Source of the DNA: Octopus vulgaris
Lineage: Eukaryota
DNA length: 64,000 bases
NCBI GenBank assembly: GCA_951406725.2
Contig: OX597825.1
Span: forward strand, 10,478,001-10,542,000
Direction of reading: 5' to 3'
Position 1 is the stretch's first letter. The number at the start of each line of letters is the position of its first letter. Shown here one piece after another: positions 52,132-64,000 of the stretch. Both the position numbers and the translations under genes were made by a program. Under the pieces are notes generated by a model that had not been told where the DNA came from, searched no databases, and saw nothing but the letters and a program-made list of their open reading frames with translations.

Positions 52132-53485
52132 TAGTCGCATTTAGTGAGATTTGTAATTCTCCTTTTTGCTGAAGCTTTGCAAACTGCTGTTCATATTAAT
52201 TTTATATATTCTCATTAGAGAATCGCTAACCTTTTTCAATATGGTAGCACGTCCTATTTTCTATGACTTTCGACTTTCTATCTTGTGTCCTACTTGTCAT
52301 GTCATTCTGTTTATAATTTGCCGTCAAATTGGGTTGTTGAGCCCCATATCAGCCCTCATAGAGCAAACCTATGATTAATAACACCCCACTCATGACCATC
52401 CTATCCTTGTCAAGCGTATGTACGACTACTTTTTCCAGTTTGCGCTGTTCTCAGGGAAATGAAGCTCCCTCGCTTGGTCAGTCGCCCGCTGACACTCTTG
52501 ACGCTACATCGAAGAGGCCAGGGAACAGAAGAAAGAAGAAGAAAGAAGACATGCATTCAACACCAGAGCTGAAGACACCTTCGAAAGCGAGGGGTTCCGC
52601 CACGTCAAAACGATAGAGGAGTAGGGGCCGAAACCGGACGTGGTTCCTCCTGATGATGTCTTGAGCTAACTGGATCCTATAAAGGAGCTGTTGTGGTAGC
52701 AGACCACGAAACACGGTTGAAATTCCTTCCTATATCACAGTAGCGTGTGATTTCAGAGAAATTAGGCAGCTACTTTTAGAGAAGCGAGCAACAGCGATGA
52801 AGCTCCCTCGCTTGGTTGTTTACCAGTTTAATCTCTGTTTTGTTGGTTTATTTTGAAGTAGTCTAACGTGATTTACATAATTCTCCATTCGCATTTATTT
52901 TCTTGCAGTTTAATTTTCCTTTCCTGATTTTGTTATGGCTGCAGTAAAAATCGTTGATTTCCATTTGACATATACGAACAAAAACAAGCCAAGTTTTCAC
53001 TGAAGGAAATCAAAAAAAAAAAGAAGGCCAAATAAAAGCAAATTCAAGAATAATATTATTGATATCTCATCGCAATTTCCCTCTGCTGATAAGCTGTTGT
53101 GCCGGAGGACAGCTAAATAAATAACTACGGAACGAAACTGGAAGATTCTAAACGGAAATAATCTGAATTGCTGTTCCGTTGTCCAGAACAATTTTTATTA
53201 CCAAATAAGAGTTTCCCAATATTTTCACTGAGAATTATTAAGAAAGCATTATTACAAAAATATACTTTATATTTGGGATGTTGTTAATCAATTTTATACT
53301 TTGAAGCCTTAGAAATGTTTTACTTACATGTCTTTCTATCAAGTAGCATTGTGTTCAATCTACGCATTGATAAACTCGTTTACGTCTGGGCGTTCTTTTT
53401 CTCCCTCTTGCTAAAATTGTATATGTCTTTAACTCTGAAAATGCATGGATGTAAATGTCACTAGATGAGCTACACATACACATAC

Positions 53486-53589
<104 letters not shown>

Positions 53590-53827
53590 ATACATACATA
53601 TATACAAACATGCATACATAGGTACGTACGTACGTAAGCATATACATATGTACATATATGCATACATACATATATATATATAATATACACACACGTTTAC
53701 TGTATGGACACTTGTGATTATGCGACATTTTGTTTGGACGTAGTTGTCAGTTTGTGTATACGGATGTTCGTGTGTGTATGTTAATATGTTTATATATGTG
53801 TGTGTGTGTGCGTGTGTGCGTGTGTGC

Positions 53828-53859
<32 letters not shown>

Positions 53860-53959
53860 ATGAATACACAAACATATATCCCGACATATCAGCTCTTTAT
53901 AGAGTAATTTCCGCGGTACCCGAAAGTAATCGGAAACGTTTTCTGTGGACAACCCATCG

Positions 53960-54828
53960 TTGTTCAGGTTTCCTCCACTAGAAACCACTTGATGCGACCC
54001 TCGGGCGTTGAGTCAACGTAGATTGACGAGGCACCTGTCTGTTCAATTGTCATTTTAGACTCTTGGCTCAGAAATACTGCAGTCTAATCCATAGCAATTA
54101 TATTGGAGAAATTGTATTTAGAAAGGTCGATGCCATCAACAAAGGATTTGAATGCAAGCGCACGTTGGATCACTTCAGCATCCTCCAAGTTTGAACAGAG
54201 TTGTCGATCTTCTTAGAGAGAGCTCATATCGCCGAAAGAAGTTATCCAACCAATGAGGTGATGCTTTGAATATCTCTGGGAGTATATCCAACTGCGGTGT
54301 CATTGCAAGAGCAAATTCTTGAATATCAGCCCTGCATACAACCAAAGCATTTGTACTTCTGTCAGCAATCCATCCCGAGGTGATATCGTCCAGCTCCGAA
54401 AATAACGGTTGTCGACCTAACCCACACTTCGGCATCTTAACATTTCCCTCATCCACTCGTCTGCTAAAATTACCGTGCTCCGCTCTCTATTTTCGAACCA
54501 TTCGGAGATCCAACATCTTCTCCAAAAAGAAAGCCGTAAGATTCTTGTTAGGTGACTTTTCCACAATTCCTTTCTTGTACTCCACGGAATAACTCTTTGT
54601 TTTTGCACTCATCTTGCCTGGAGGACGAGGGAGTCAAGCTAAGGGAGTCGACTACTTTAGCCAAGCTGCGGCAGTTAGTTTATTTTGCAATCATCACATG
54701 GTCTTGCTAACAAGCAGATGCATTTTTGACTAGGTATTATTTTCGGGGTAGGGCTTATATTAAAAACATCTTGAAAAATCATGGTGGGGCTTACTTTCGA
54801 AGTAGGTCTTATTTTCGAGGAAACACGG
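53960..54828 (-). pseudogene. Pogo/Tigger-like DNA transposon, 5' TIR plus decayed transposase N-terminal half
   Basis: Minus strand: TA-CCGTGTTTCCTCGAAAATAAGACC terminus; ATG at 54612; MSAKTKSYSVEYK...GRQPLFSELDD...FKASPHWLDNFFRRYELSLRRSTT (CENP-B-type HTH)...IIAMD*TAVF. Confidence 0.85.
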
Positions 54829-54910
54829 TAGATAAATAGGTACATGATATAGTATTATATATATACACACACACACACACGCATAAATATATATGCACGC
54901 ACATATACAG

Positions 54911-54943
<33 letters not shown>

Positions 54944-54945
<2 letters not shown>

Positions 54946-55241
54946 GGGGGCACATAGCCTAGTGGTTAGAGCAGCTGACTCGGAATCGCGGGTTCGAATC
55001 TCAGACCGGACGATGTGTGTGTTTATGAGCGAAACACCTAAGTTCCATATGGCTCCGGCAGAAGGTAATGGCGAACATCTACTGACTCTTTCTTCGCCAC
55101 AACTTTCTCTCACTCTTTCCTCCTGCATCTTGCAGCTCACCTGCGACGGACCGGCGTCCCGTCCATGTGGGGAACCTATACGCCGAGGAAACCGGGAAAC
55201 TGGTCCTTATGAGCCAGGCGTGGCTCGAGAAGGAACAAACA

Positions 55242-55243
<2 letters not shown>
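54944..55243 (+). mobile_element. SINE family C-related
   Basis: tagcctagtggttagagcagc...gggttcgaatctc head and ctgcgacggaccggcgtcccgtcca...gaaaccgggaaac tail as in 21876. Confidence 0.85.
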
Positions 55244-55289
<46 letters not shown>

Positions 55290-56227
55290 GCTTACAGATA
55301 TATATATACACGCACGCACACACGTTTATTGTATGAGTGGTTGGGAGTATGCGACATTTTGCTTGGGCGTAGATGCCAGTTTGTGTATACGCATGTGTCC
55401 GTATGTGTATGTTTGTGTTGTTCCATTTTAAGCGTTATGTTAGATCTATGGAAAAACAAAAGAACGGACATTTAATGGAGTAGCTTCTAGAGCTCTTGAT
55501 ATAATTTCCTCTCTCCGTGTTGCCACATATTGTTCCCATTGAGACGCTGCAAGATGTAATGTCTTTGCAAACTGAGTTTTACTACCGCATCGAGTCTTAA
55601 ATAAAACATTAAGTTTAATAACTTTACGGTTCCCTTTCGCACCGCTACCTTCAGGTTTGTTTGAAAACTTATTTTCAGGTATCTTAAATTAAAGGCAAAT
55701 CCACAACAAATATGTAGTTGTAATAATTGGCCCAGGAAAGACTTCCTTTGTGAGAGCAGAAATTATCTTATAACACTTATTTACACGCACTCATACACAC
55801 ACACACTCACGCTAGTGCACGCACACAGACAGACACTCATGTACATATACTATCCGTTGTAGCCAATTGAATTCAAAAGTTAGTGGGTTGATAATGGTGA
55901 TGATGTGGGTTGCATTGGTTGTTAGCGATAGTGGGCGGGTATTTTTAGTGCTGTAGTGGTCACATCGCGGTTGCTAATTGTATTATTGCGACTGTTTAGC
56001 TTGAAGTCAATTTTTATTGACCTAAGATCAAAGTCGTTTCAACTTTTAAAATACTCTAGGACACCACATCATATGATTTTTATTTGAAACGGATCCCTTA
56101 TCTTCTTCCTACTATATATTATTGTTGCTGTTGGTGGTCGTGTTTGTGTTGATGAAAGAAACACATACATACGTATGCACACGTTCATATACACACACAC
56201 ACACACAAACATATATATATATATATG

Positions 56228-56411
<184 letters not shown>

Positions 56412-57178
56412 TTTGTGTGTGTGTGTGTATATATATGAATGTGTGCATGTAACGGTGATGATAGTTATTCAAATCGTTACTTTGATCTAAGCTATAATGC
56501 CAGTGGCTATTGAGCTAAGAAGAAAGTGTAGTTTCGAATTGTTAACGAGTTTCCGTAAGAGCGAAATTACAGACTGTATCCCGAAATTAATTATCATACT
56601 TTACAATTTCCGTAAACGCTAAATTCAGTAACCTAAGGTAGCCGGATAAACGGATAAACAAATTTTAGTAGCCAAGTGTGTATCCAGAATCATTACGATT
56701 CCGTCTCTTAGAAAAAAAGTTGGTATCCTTCATCTGGAAATTGCTACGTTTCATACATCAAAACGAGGCCAAGACTTGCAGCTAAAAATACATGGGTCGT
56801 TAAAAGACGTTTGTTCGTTGAAAATTGAAGACAAAGATAGAAAAGTGGGTCACAAAAAAAAATAAGGAAAAAACAAATAAAGTGTATAAATATGGGTGTC
56901 TTACTTGTAATAGGGACAAAAATAGAAAATGCCGGCAAATGCTAGCAAATAGAAAGGATTTTCGTACAACCTAAACAGAAGGAAACATTGGGCATGTGTG
57001 ATCAATGTAAGGCTCGTGAGACAAAAATTTAACCTGAAAAAGTGTTGGATATCAACAGGAGTCGGTCGCTACGCCGATTTTTCTCAATACGTGCGACTCT
57101 TCCGATGGTAAAAAAGTTAGTGAAAGGACTTAGTGTCACGGAATAAATATGTGGTGCGTAATATTTTGGGGTTTCCAT

Positions 57179-57575
57179 GGCGGCCAGCTGGCAGAACCGT
57201 TAGCACGCCGGACGAAATGCTTGGCGGTATTTCGTCTGCTGCTACATTCTGAGTTCAAATTCCGCCGAGGTCGACTTTGCCTTTCATCCTTTCGGGGTTC
57301 GATTAAATAAATACCTGTTACGCACTGGGGTCGATGTAATCGACTTAATCCGTTTGTCTGTCCTTGTTTGTCCCCTCTGTGTTTAGTTCCTTGTGGGTAG
57401 TAAAGAAATAGGTATTTCGTCTGCCGTTACGTTCTGAGTTCAAATTCCGCCGAGGTTGACTTTGCCTTTCATCCTTTCGGGGTCGATCAATTAAGTACTA
57501 GTTGCGTAGTGGGGTTGACCTAATCGACTGGCCCCCTCCCCAGAAATATCGGGCCTTGTGCTTCTATTAGAAAAG
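57179..57575 (+). mobile_element. SINE family A, dimeric form
   Basis: Same two-monomer layout as 21216; imperfect TSD aatattttggggtttccat / aatattttcgagttttcat. Confidence 0.9.
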
Positions 57576-57919
57576 AATATTTTCGAGTTTTCATTATCTT
57601 CACTTTGTTCATGCACTGTATTGATTTTCGCCATAGTATAAGGCACCGGACAGCTTTAATTAACCGTAACAATATCGAGATATTGCGTCCATTTATGTAA
57701 CAACTTTACTGAATGCTTCGGTTAGTAAGAATCGATGAAATAAGTCACAGGCTAAAATAAGTACTGATGTCGACATGGTCGAATAAAAAATTGGCTGGAG
57801 GTGGTAGTCCATCTTACTCGGAGTCAAATGTAGCAAACCAGTAAAAGATGTATATGTAAAAGATGCATATGCATCAATGTGTGCGTATTATAAATACTTA
57901 TGCAGTAACAGATACATAC

Positions 57920-57999
<80 letters not shown>

Positions 58000-58232
58000 C
58001 TACTGGTGCTGATATATCTGTGCCTGTACGCTTATGTACATAAGTTGTATGCGTGTGCACATGTTGTGTATTGAGTCCATTATTCAGTTCGTTCATTTTT
58101 TCATCATATAAAATATATATTTTTACTATATATATACATATATATACAGGCATAAATGTATACATAAAAACACTTAGAGACGTGCATATATATATATATA
58201 TGCGCGGTTTTATGTATACATTTATGCATGTG

Positions 58233-58324
<92 letters not shown>

Positions 58325-58520
58325 TGTATGTATGCATGTGTGCTTATATACAATATAAATGTAACGCAATCATAAGGCAAAGTATTGAAGAGAATAATAT
58401 TATGTTGCGAATACGAGGTTCGTTTGTCGTAGATAAACGGTGAAACTGTTAATTGTAATGCACCATGATAACCTCTCCACTTAATACACACATATATATA
58501 TGTATGTTTATTACTCATGA

Positions 58521-58551
<31 letters not shown>

Positions 58552-58601
58552 ATATATATATATATATATACACATATATATATATACATATTTATATATA
58601 T

Positions 58602-58659
<58 letters not shown>

Positions 58660-59530
58660 ATATATATGTATATATATATATGTATGTATATATATATATA
58701 TATGTACGTATATATATGTATATATATGCGTGTATATGAGCGAGCGTCTTTCGTGTAGGGAGTTGTTCTCTTCTATGTTTATGGTATGGAAGATAACATT
58801 GATATCATTTGTACGTTGAGTGGAAACATTTCGCGAAGCTTTTTTTTTTTTAGGGAAACAATAACATATTTATTTTCCTTTCAGCGAAATACAAATTGTC
58901 ATTCTTCTTCGCAATCCCATGCAATTATTGTAGACAAATTCAATATCTCGAGAATAATCTAGAAAGATTTCTTGCGCAAGAATAAAGTCTGATTGTTTTT
59001 CATTTATTTATTTATATTTGTTTGTTTGTTTAATTTTCTTTTTTTTCTCAGGAAATGAGAAATTGTCGCGTGGATGTCTTGCGGAAATCACTGGGGAAAC
59101 TTACATCTATTCTTACTTTTCCCATAAAATTGTTTCAATTTTAAACGAATTATTTCACTAAGCTAAACCTCACTTAACTCTGTACGACAAAAACATTACT
59201 TGTATATTCTATGGATCACTTGGAAAGGCATTTTCTTTATATTTTAATTGATTTTCGTTAAGCTCACAAATTATCGAAGTACATATAATAATAGGATTGT
59301 CTGACGACCGTGTGATTTTTTTCTAAAGAAATTAATTGAAATATGAATTGAATTCACACAATAAAAGTGTTGTGTAATGACAGTCTTTTGAGCCATTGCA
59401 TTCATATTTCCCGGTTTCAAGACACGTCTGCCATGAAAAGCATTTAGCTCACATAATTGTGGTTCAGCCAGTCAGGTCGAGTGGTAAACTGAAATCTTCC
59501 TGCCAAATGGTTTATAAAATTTTCTCGAAC

Positions 59531-59666
59531 TTTTTACCGACAAAAGGCGGGCAAATCTAACTATGTTAATGTTCTCTTTGTGATGACTTCTCAATTATTT
59601 TTACCGACAAAAGGCGGGCAAATCTAACTATGTTAATGTTCTCTTTGTGATGACTTCTCAATTATT
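59531..59666. repeat. Exact 67-bp tandem duplication
   Basis: tttttaccgacaaaaggcgggc...gacttctcaatta twice. Confidence 0.95.
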
Positions 59667-59894
59667 CTATCTTCAAGTATTAATAATAGGTGAAGACACC
59701 ACGCAGTTATGTTGGAAAATCTCACATAAAGGGATTTTTTACCCATAATCTGTCTTCGCTAATTATCAATCGTTGTGGTATTATATATTAGCATGTTACA
59801 ATGATCAAATGATTCATTGATTCTCAGACACAGGATTTTTTCAACTACTGTAAAACTATATACAATATTATATATATATTGTGTGACTGTGTGC

Positions 59895-59970
<76 letters not shown>

Positions 59971-59978
59971 ATGTATGT

Positions 59979-60063
<85 letters not shown>

Positions 60064-60067
60064 AAGA

Positions 60068-60385
60068 TACGAGATTAAGTTAAAAAGTAATGCCATTTTG
60101 TTTAGGACAGGTATAACTACCAACACAGGAACATGTATCATACACGAAAATGAAGCTGGCCCTCTGTGGATCACATCCTTACTTCTCAACATAGCCACTG
60201 TTCCTCTCAATAGCAATGTTCCACCTTCGAATGAGAACATGTATCCCTGCCCCGTAAAATTCTGTTGACTGTTCTTTGAGCTACTTCTTCGCTACCAGAT
60301 TTAGCGCTTTCAGACTATCATCTCTTTGGCGCCACGAAAGAGGAATTGAGAGGCAAACATTATTCCAGTGACGAGGAAGTGAAAT
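60068..60385. mobile_element. Mariner-derived rearranged element (3'-end pieces in opposite orientations)
   Basis: Minus: LKEQSTEFY..GIHVLIRRWNIAIERNSGYVEK* then TIR. Plus: PDLALSDYHLFGATKEELRGKHYSSDEEVK. Confidence 0.78.
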
Positions 60386-60667
60386 TTTTTTTTTATTTTT
60401 TGCCTTCCCTGAAATTCTGACCGTTGACCATTTCCGGCATCTTGTAACGCTTCTTATTGGTTTAAAGAGTGTATATAAGCCATTCCCACCATTGGCTTAT
60501 CTCTTGTTCAGGAGACAGTTGATGCTTCCTTAGCTAGACATGTTGCAGATTGTGTATAGCCCGTAGTGCTTAAGGGTTCCTCATAGATAGATGTTTGTGA
60601 ATGTTTTGCTCTTTCCTGGTCCTGGACTTACTAATGTCACAAATATTCTTTCCCAAAATAAATGACT

Positions 60668-61244
60668 GCCACTCTGTCGGTTACGACCCTGAGGGTTCTA
60701 GTTGATCCGATCAACGGAAAAGCCTGCTCGCGAAATTAATGTGCAAGTGGCTGAGTATTCCACAGACACGTAGTTCTCCAGGAGATTCAGTGTGGCGCAG
60801 AATGCGACAAGGCTGGCCATTTGAAATACAGGTACTACTCATTCTTGCCAGCTGAGTGGACTGGAGCAACGTGAAATAAGATGGTTTGCTCAAGATTATT
60901 AATCAGAGTAAATAAAATTTCTTCCAATATTTCCCAATATCTACATCCACACAACATCTCAATGGTCATCACGTGTCTTAATCCTGGGTATGAACATAAT
61001 CGTAAAATGGGTTCAAACTGGGGATTTTGTAAGGGCTCTAACATTGCACGATTATTATCGATGTTTTCGATGAGCTTGTCAATGGATCTCATACGTATTT
61101 ACCCATCAGTAGCCAGTTCCTCAATGTTGTCTTCCCGTCTTTATTGACATCATTCTCTTCCCCCAGAAAGGTTCACCGGGAATCGAACTCACGATTTTAA
61201 CGATCGTGAGCCGAATACCCAAACCACCCAACCATGCCCTTCAC
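60668..61244 (-). mobile_element. SINE with family D head, interrupted by a 287-bp insert
   Basis: Head at 61175-61244; body and tail at 60668-60895; tail shared with 51750-52131. Confidence 0.8.
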
Positions 61245-62044
61245 GCATCCAAGAAATATAAACACTTTATCGTTTATGCTAAACATTCTGGTTATTGTGA
61301 GTGAGGTGCTCTGGATGTTCTCGAGTTCAAAGCAATTGACATAGTTTTATCAATTGTCATATATTTGTATTGATAACACTCACTCTCCTTCAATATACTA
61401 CCCAGGTATGTCAAAGCTTGTTTTCTCCATGAAAACAGAGACTATTTATTATTTGATTGTCTGTGGCAGGCTTTCTTTTCTTAGATGATTTAATTGCTAA
61501 CCTTAAGCCAAACTGTCCTCTTTGGTTGTCTCGCTACTCAGAATGGAGTAGTTTGTAGAGGTTTGATTAAAACAATTTCTTTAAGTCGTATGTTTCATCA
61601 AAGATTTAAGGAAAAAAAGACAAAGAACTTTAAGTGGTTCTTCATTGAAGACGTTCGTTCACTAGCTTCATATTTCAAATACAATCAAATCATACAGTTG
61701 TTGAAGAACAATTACCTTATGCTAAATTGAGAAGATATTGATATACTTTCAAGAATTGGACATTAAATAAAGTAAACTGAAGATTCTAAATTTTAGCGAA
61801 AGTTTTCAAGACTTCAGTTTATGGCGAACGTTTAATTGAATATCGCAGCCGGCAATCAAACATGAAGTGCCTTCATTTCAGGAATTTGTCTTTGTATAAA
61901 TTCTTTCATGATGTCTCTCTCTTTCTCTCGCTTTATCTCTTTATTTCTCTCTTCGTTTCTCGCTCTCTCTCTTTCTCTCTCTCTCGCTCACTCGAAACCA
62001 CACACATACACTCACACGCATACACACACTCTCACGAACCCACA

Positions 62045-62105
<61 letters not shown>

Positions 62106-62917
62106 GTTATTTTAATGCAATTTCTTTAAGACCAAATCCATTATCTAAGATATTTCTGTTCACAAATTATACCATTCCATACAAAGCATCCAGTATCCAC
62201 GCCATCAGCACCAACGCTGCTTCCTCCCCCCCCCCCAACCGAACTCTACTCTCAATGATCAAGTATGTATCAGAGTGGAAATATTTCTGCTCTTTACCAC
62301 AAAGTTACTGTACATCGAGCGTTTCACTGGGTTTCTAATACTGAGTTGAATCTTGACTAGACTGTCTTTTGTTTCTTCAGTGAAAGAGAACAAGTGAAAG
62401 AGTAATTTATTCCTTCTAATTAATGCCATTAAAGCTGGAATAAAGTATGAGTAGTACTTCTTATAGAAAGGATAGATTTGTGGAAGAATCTCTCGCAAAA
62501 AATAGTTTCGTGTAAGAATAACGTAACTTTTAGGTATGTCTATCGTGAATTTTTATAAGATTATTAATCTGAGTAAATAAATTTTCTTACATTTTTTCCA
62601 ATATTTACATCCAGTATTTTCCAATATTTACATCCACACAACATCTCAATGGTCATCACGTGCCTTAATCCTGGGTATGAACATAATCGCAAAATGGGTT
62701 CAAACTGGGAATGTTTGTAAGGGTTCTAAAGTTGCACAATTATTATTGCTGTTTTCGACGGGCTTGTCAGTCGATCTCATAAGTATTTACCCATCAGTAG
62801 CCAGTTCCTCAATGTTGTCTTCCCGTCTTTGTTGACACCATTCTCGTCCTCCAGAAAGGTTCACCGTTATTTGACCTGATTTCTTTCGTTAGCGCGCATC
62901 TCCGTGCTCTTTTTTCA

Positions 62918-63124
62918 TACCTATTTCTTAACTACCCACAAGGGGCTTAAACACGGAGAGGGCAAACAATGACAAACAATGGGATTAAGTCGATTACATC
63001 GACCCCCAGTGCGTAACTGGTACTTAATTTATCGACCCCGAAAGGATGAAAGGCAAAGTCGACCTCGGCGGAATTTGAACTCACAACGTAACGGCAGACG
63101 AAATACTGCTAAGCATTTCCCCCG
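62918..63124 (-). mobile_element. SINE family A, 5'-clipped
   Basis: Reverse complement of consensus; gctcttttt on both flanks. Confidence 0.88.
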
Positions 63125-63600
63125 CTCTTTTTACTTACCGTTTATCTTGCTACAGCAGGAAGTGACTGACCATCCGTGACGATTTAGTTATCGATAAAAC
63201 ATATTTACCTTTCAGTACAGGCAGTCATTTGAGCTATTGTCAGCCCTGAGTTTAATGACCGAATTATCAGCAACCTCTATATCTACTAATTATTCAATTT
63301 TCTTAAAGTTTCCATTCTCTAGTAATTAGTAAATATCCGTAGTGGTATATAACTTCTTTTCTTTCATACTATATTCTCAGACATTCGTGACTAAAATGTT
63401 TCTCCTCTCATTAAGTTTTTCGTTTGTTACCCTTTTCTGACTTTTAGGGTCTCCCAGTTCCTCATCTTAAGACCTTACACAAATCCATCAGATATCATAG
63501 ATGAAGTACTTATGCTCATGTGTTCCTAAGAATAATCATCATTTACATTATGGTATATTTACATTCGACATCAACAAATTGAGGACAGACATTGAACGCG

Positions 63601-63815
63601 AAGGCGGCAAACTGGCGGAAGTGTTAGCGCGCCGGGGACGAAATGCTTAGCGGTATTTCGTCTGCCGTTACTTTCTGAATTCAAATTCCGCCGAGGTCGA
63701 CTTTGCCTTTCATCCTTTCGGGGTCGATAAATTAAGTACCAGTTACGCACTGGGGTCGATAAAATCGACTTAATCCGTTTGTCTGTCCTTGTTTGTCCTC
63801 TCTGTGTTTAGTCCT
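63601..63815 (+). mobile_element. SINE family A
   Basis: aaggcggcaaactggcggaag...gtcctctctgtgtttag. Confidence 0.9.
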
Positions 63816-64000
63816 CTCTCTGTTTACTGCCCATAAGGGGCTAAACACAGAGAGGACAAACAAGGACAGATAAACGGATTAAGTCGATTATATCGACTCC
63901 AGTGCATAACTGGTACTTAATTTATCGACTCCTAAAGGATGAAAGGCAAAGTCGACCTCGGTGGAATTTGAACTCAGAACGGGAAGTCGGAAGAAATTCC
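63816..64000 (-). mobile_element. SINE family A, runs off the window end
   Basis: ggggctaaacacagagaggacaaacaagg...ggaatttgaactcagaacg. Confidence 0.9.

Noticed and set aside
52371-52616. Hydrophilic ORF with RRKKKK as a terminal exon
   Set aside because: It lies within a direct-repeat-bounded, repeat-like segment and has no recognisable homology; treated under the 52459 finding.
53330-53434. Minus-strand exon candidate (ttttcag...gtaagt)
   Set aside because: Stops in all three frames, and such signal pairs are expected by chance in AT-rich DNA.

Overview
Eukaryotic, AT-rich, repeat-dominated DNA with no intact protein-coding gene. The mix of SINE families, very dense (TA)n/(CA)n/(GATA)n/(TAA)n microsatellites and decayed LINE/DNA-transposon pieces resembles octopus (coleoid cephalopod) intronic or intergenic DNA; this is inferred from recognised repeat sequences, not from a database search. 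Nearly all supplied ORFs are translations of microsatellites or SINEs. Recognisable content: at least four tRNA-derived SINE families (several with clear target-site duplications), degenerate mariner and pogo transposases, hAT and Tc1/mariner MITEs, Helentron-like elements, CR1, R4/Dong and L1-Tx1-like LINE fragments, and a Penelope-like (GIY-YIG) remnant. The most notable signal is a set of short inserts sitting in (TA)n tracts that carry minimal type-I hammerhead ribozyme motifs (intact-looking at 27198-27285 and 9962-9996, degenerate elsewhere) or long fold-back palindromes, consistent with a Penelope-like retroelement system. Positions ~840-6940 look like a false duplication whose middle is a base-level hybrid of two loci (probable assembly artefact). 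A few isolated candidate + strand exons are noted at low confidence. Boundaries of degenerate elements are approximate.
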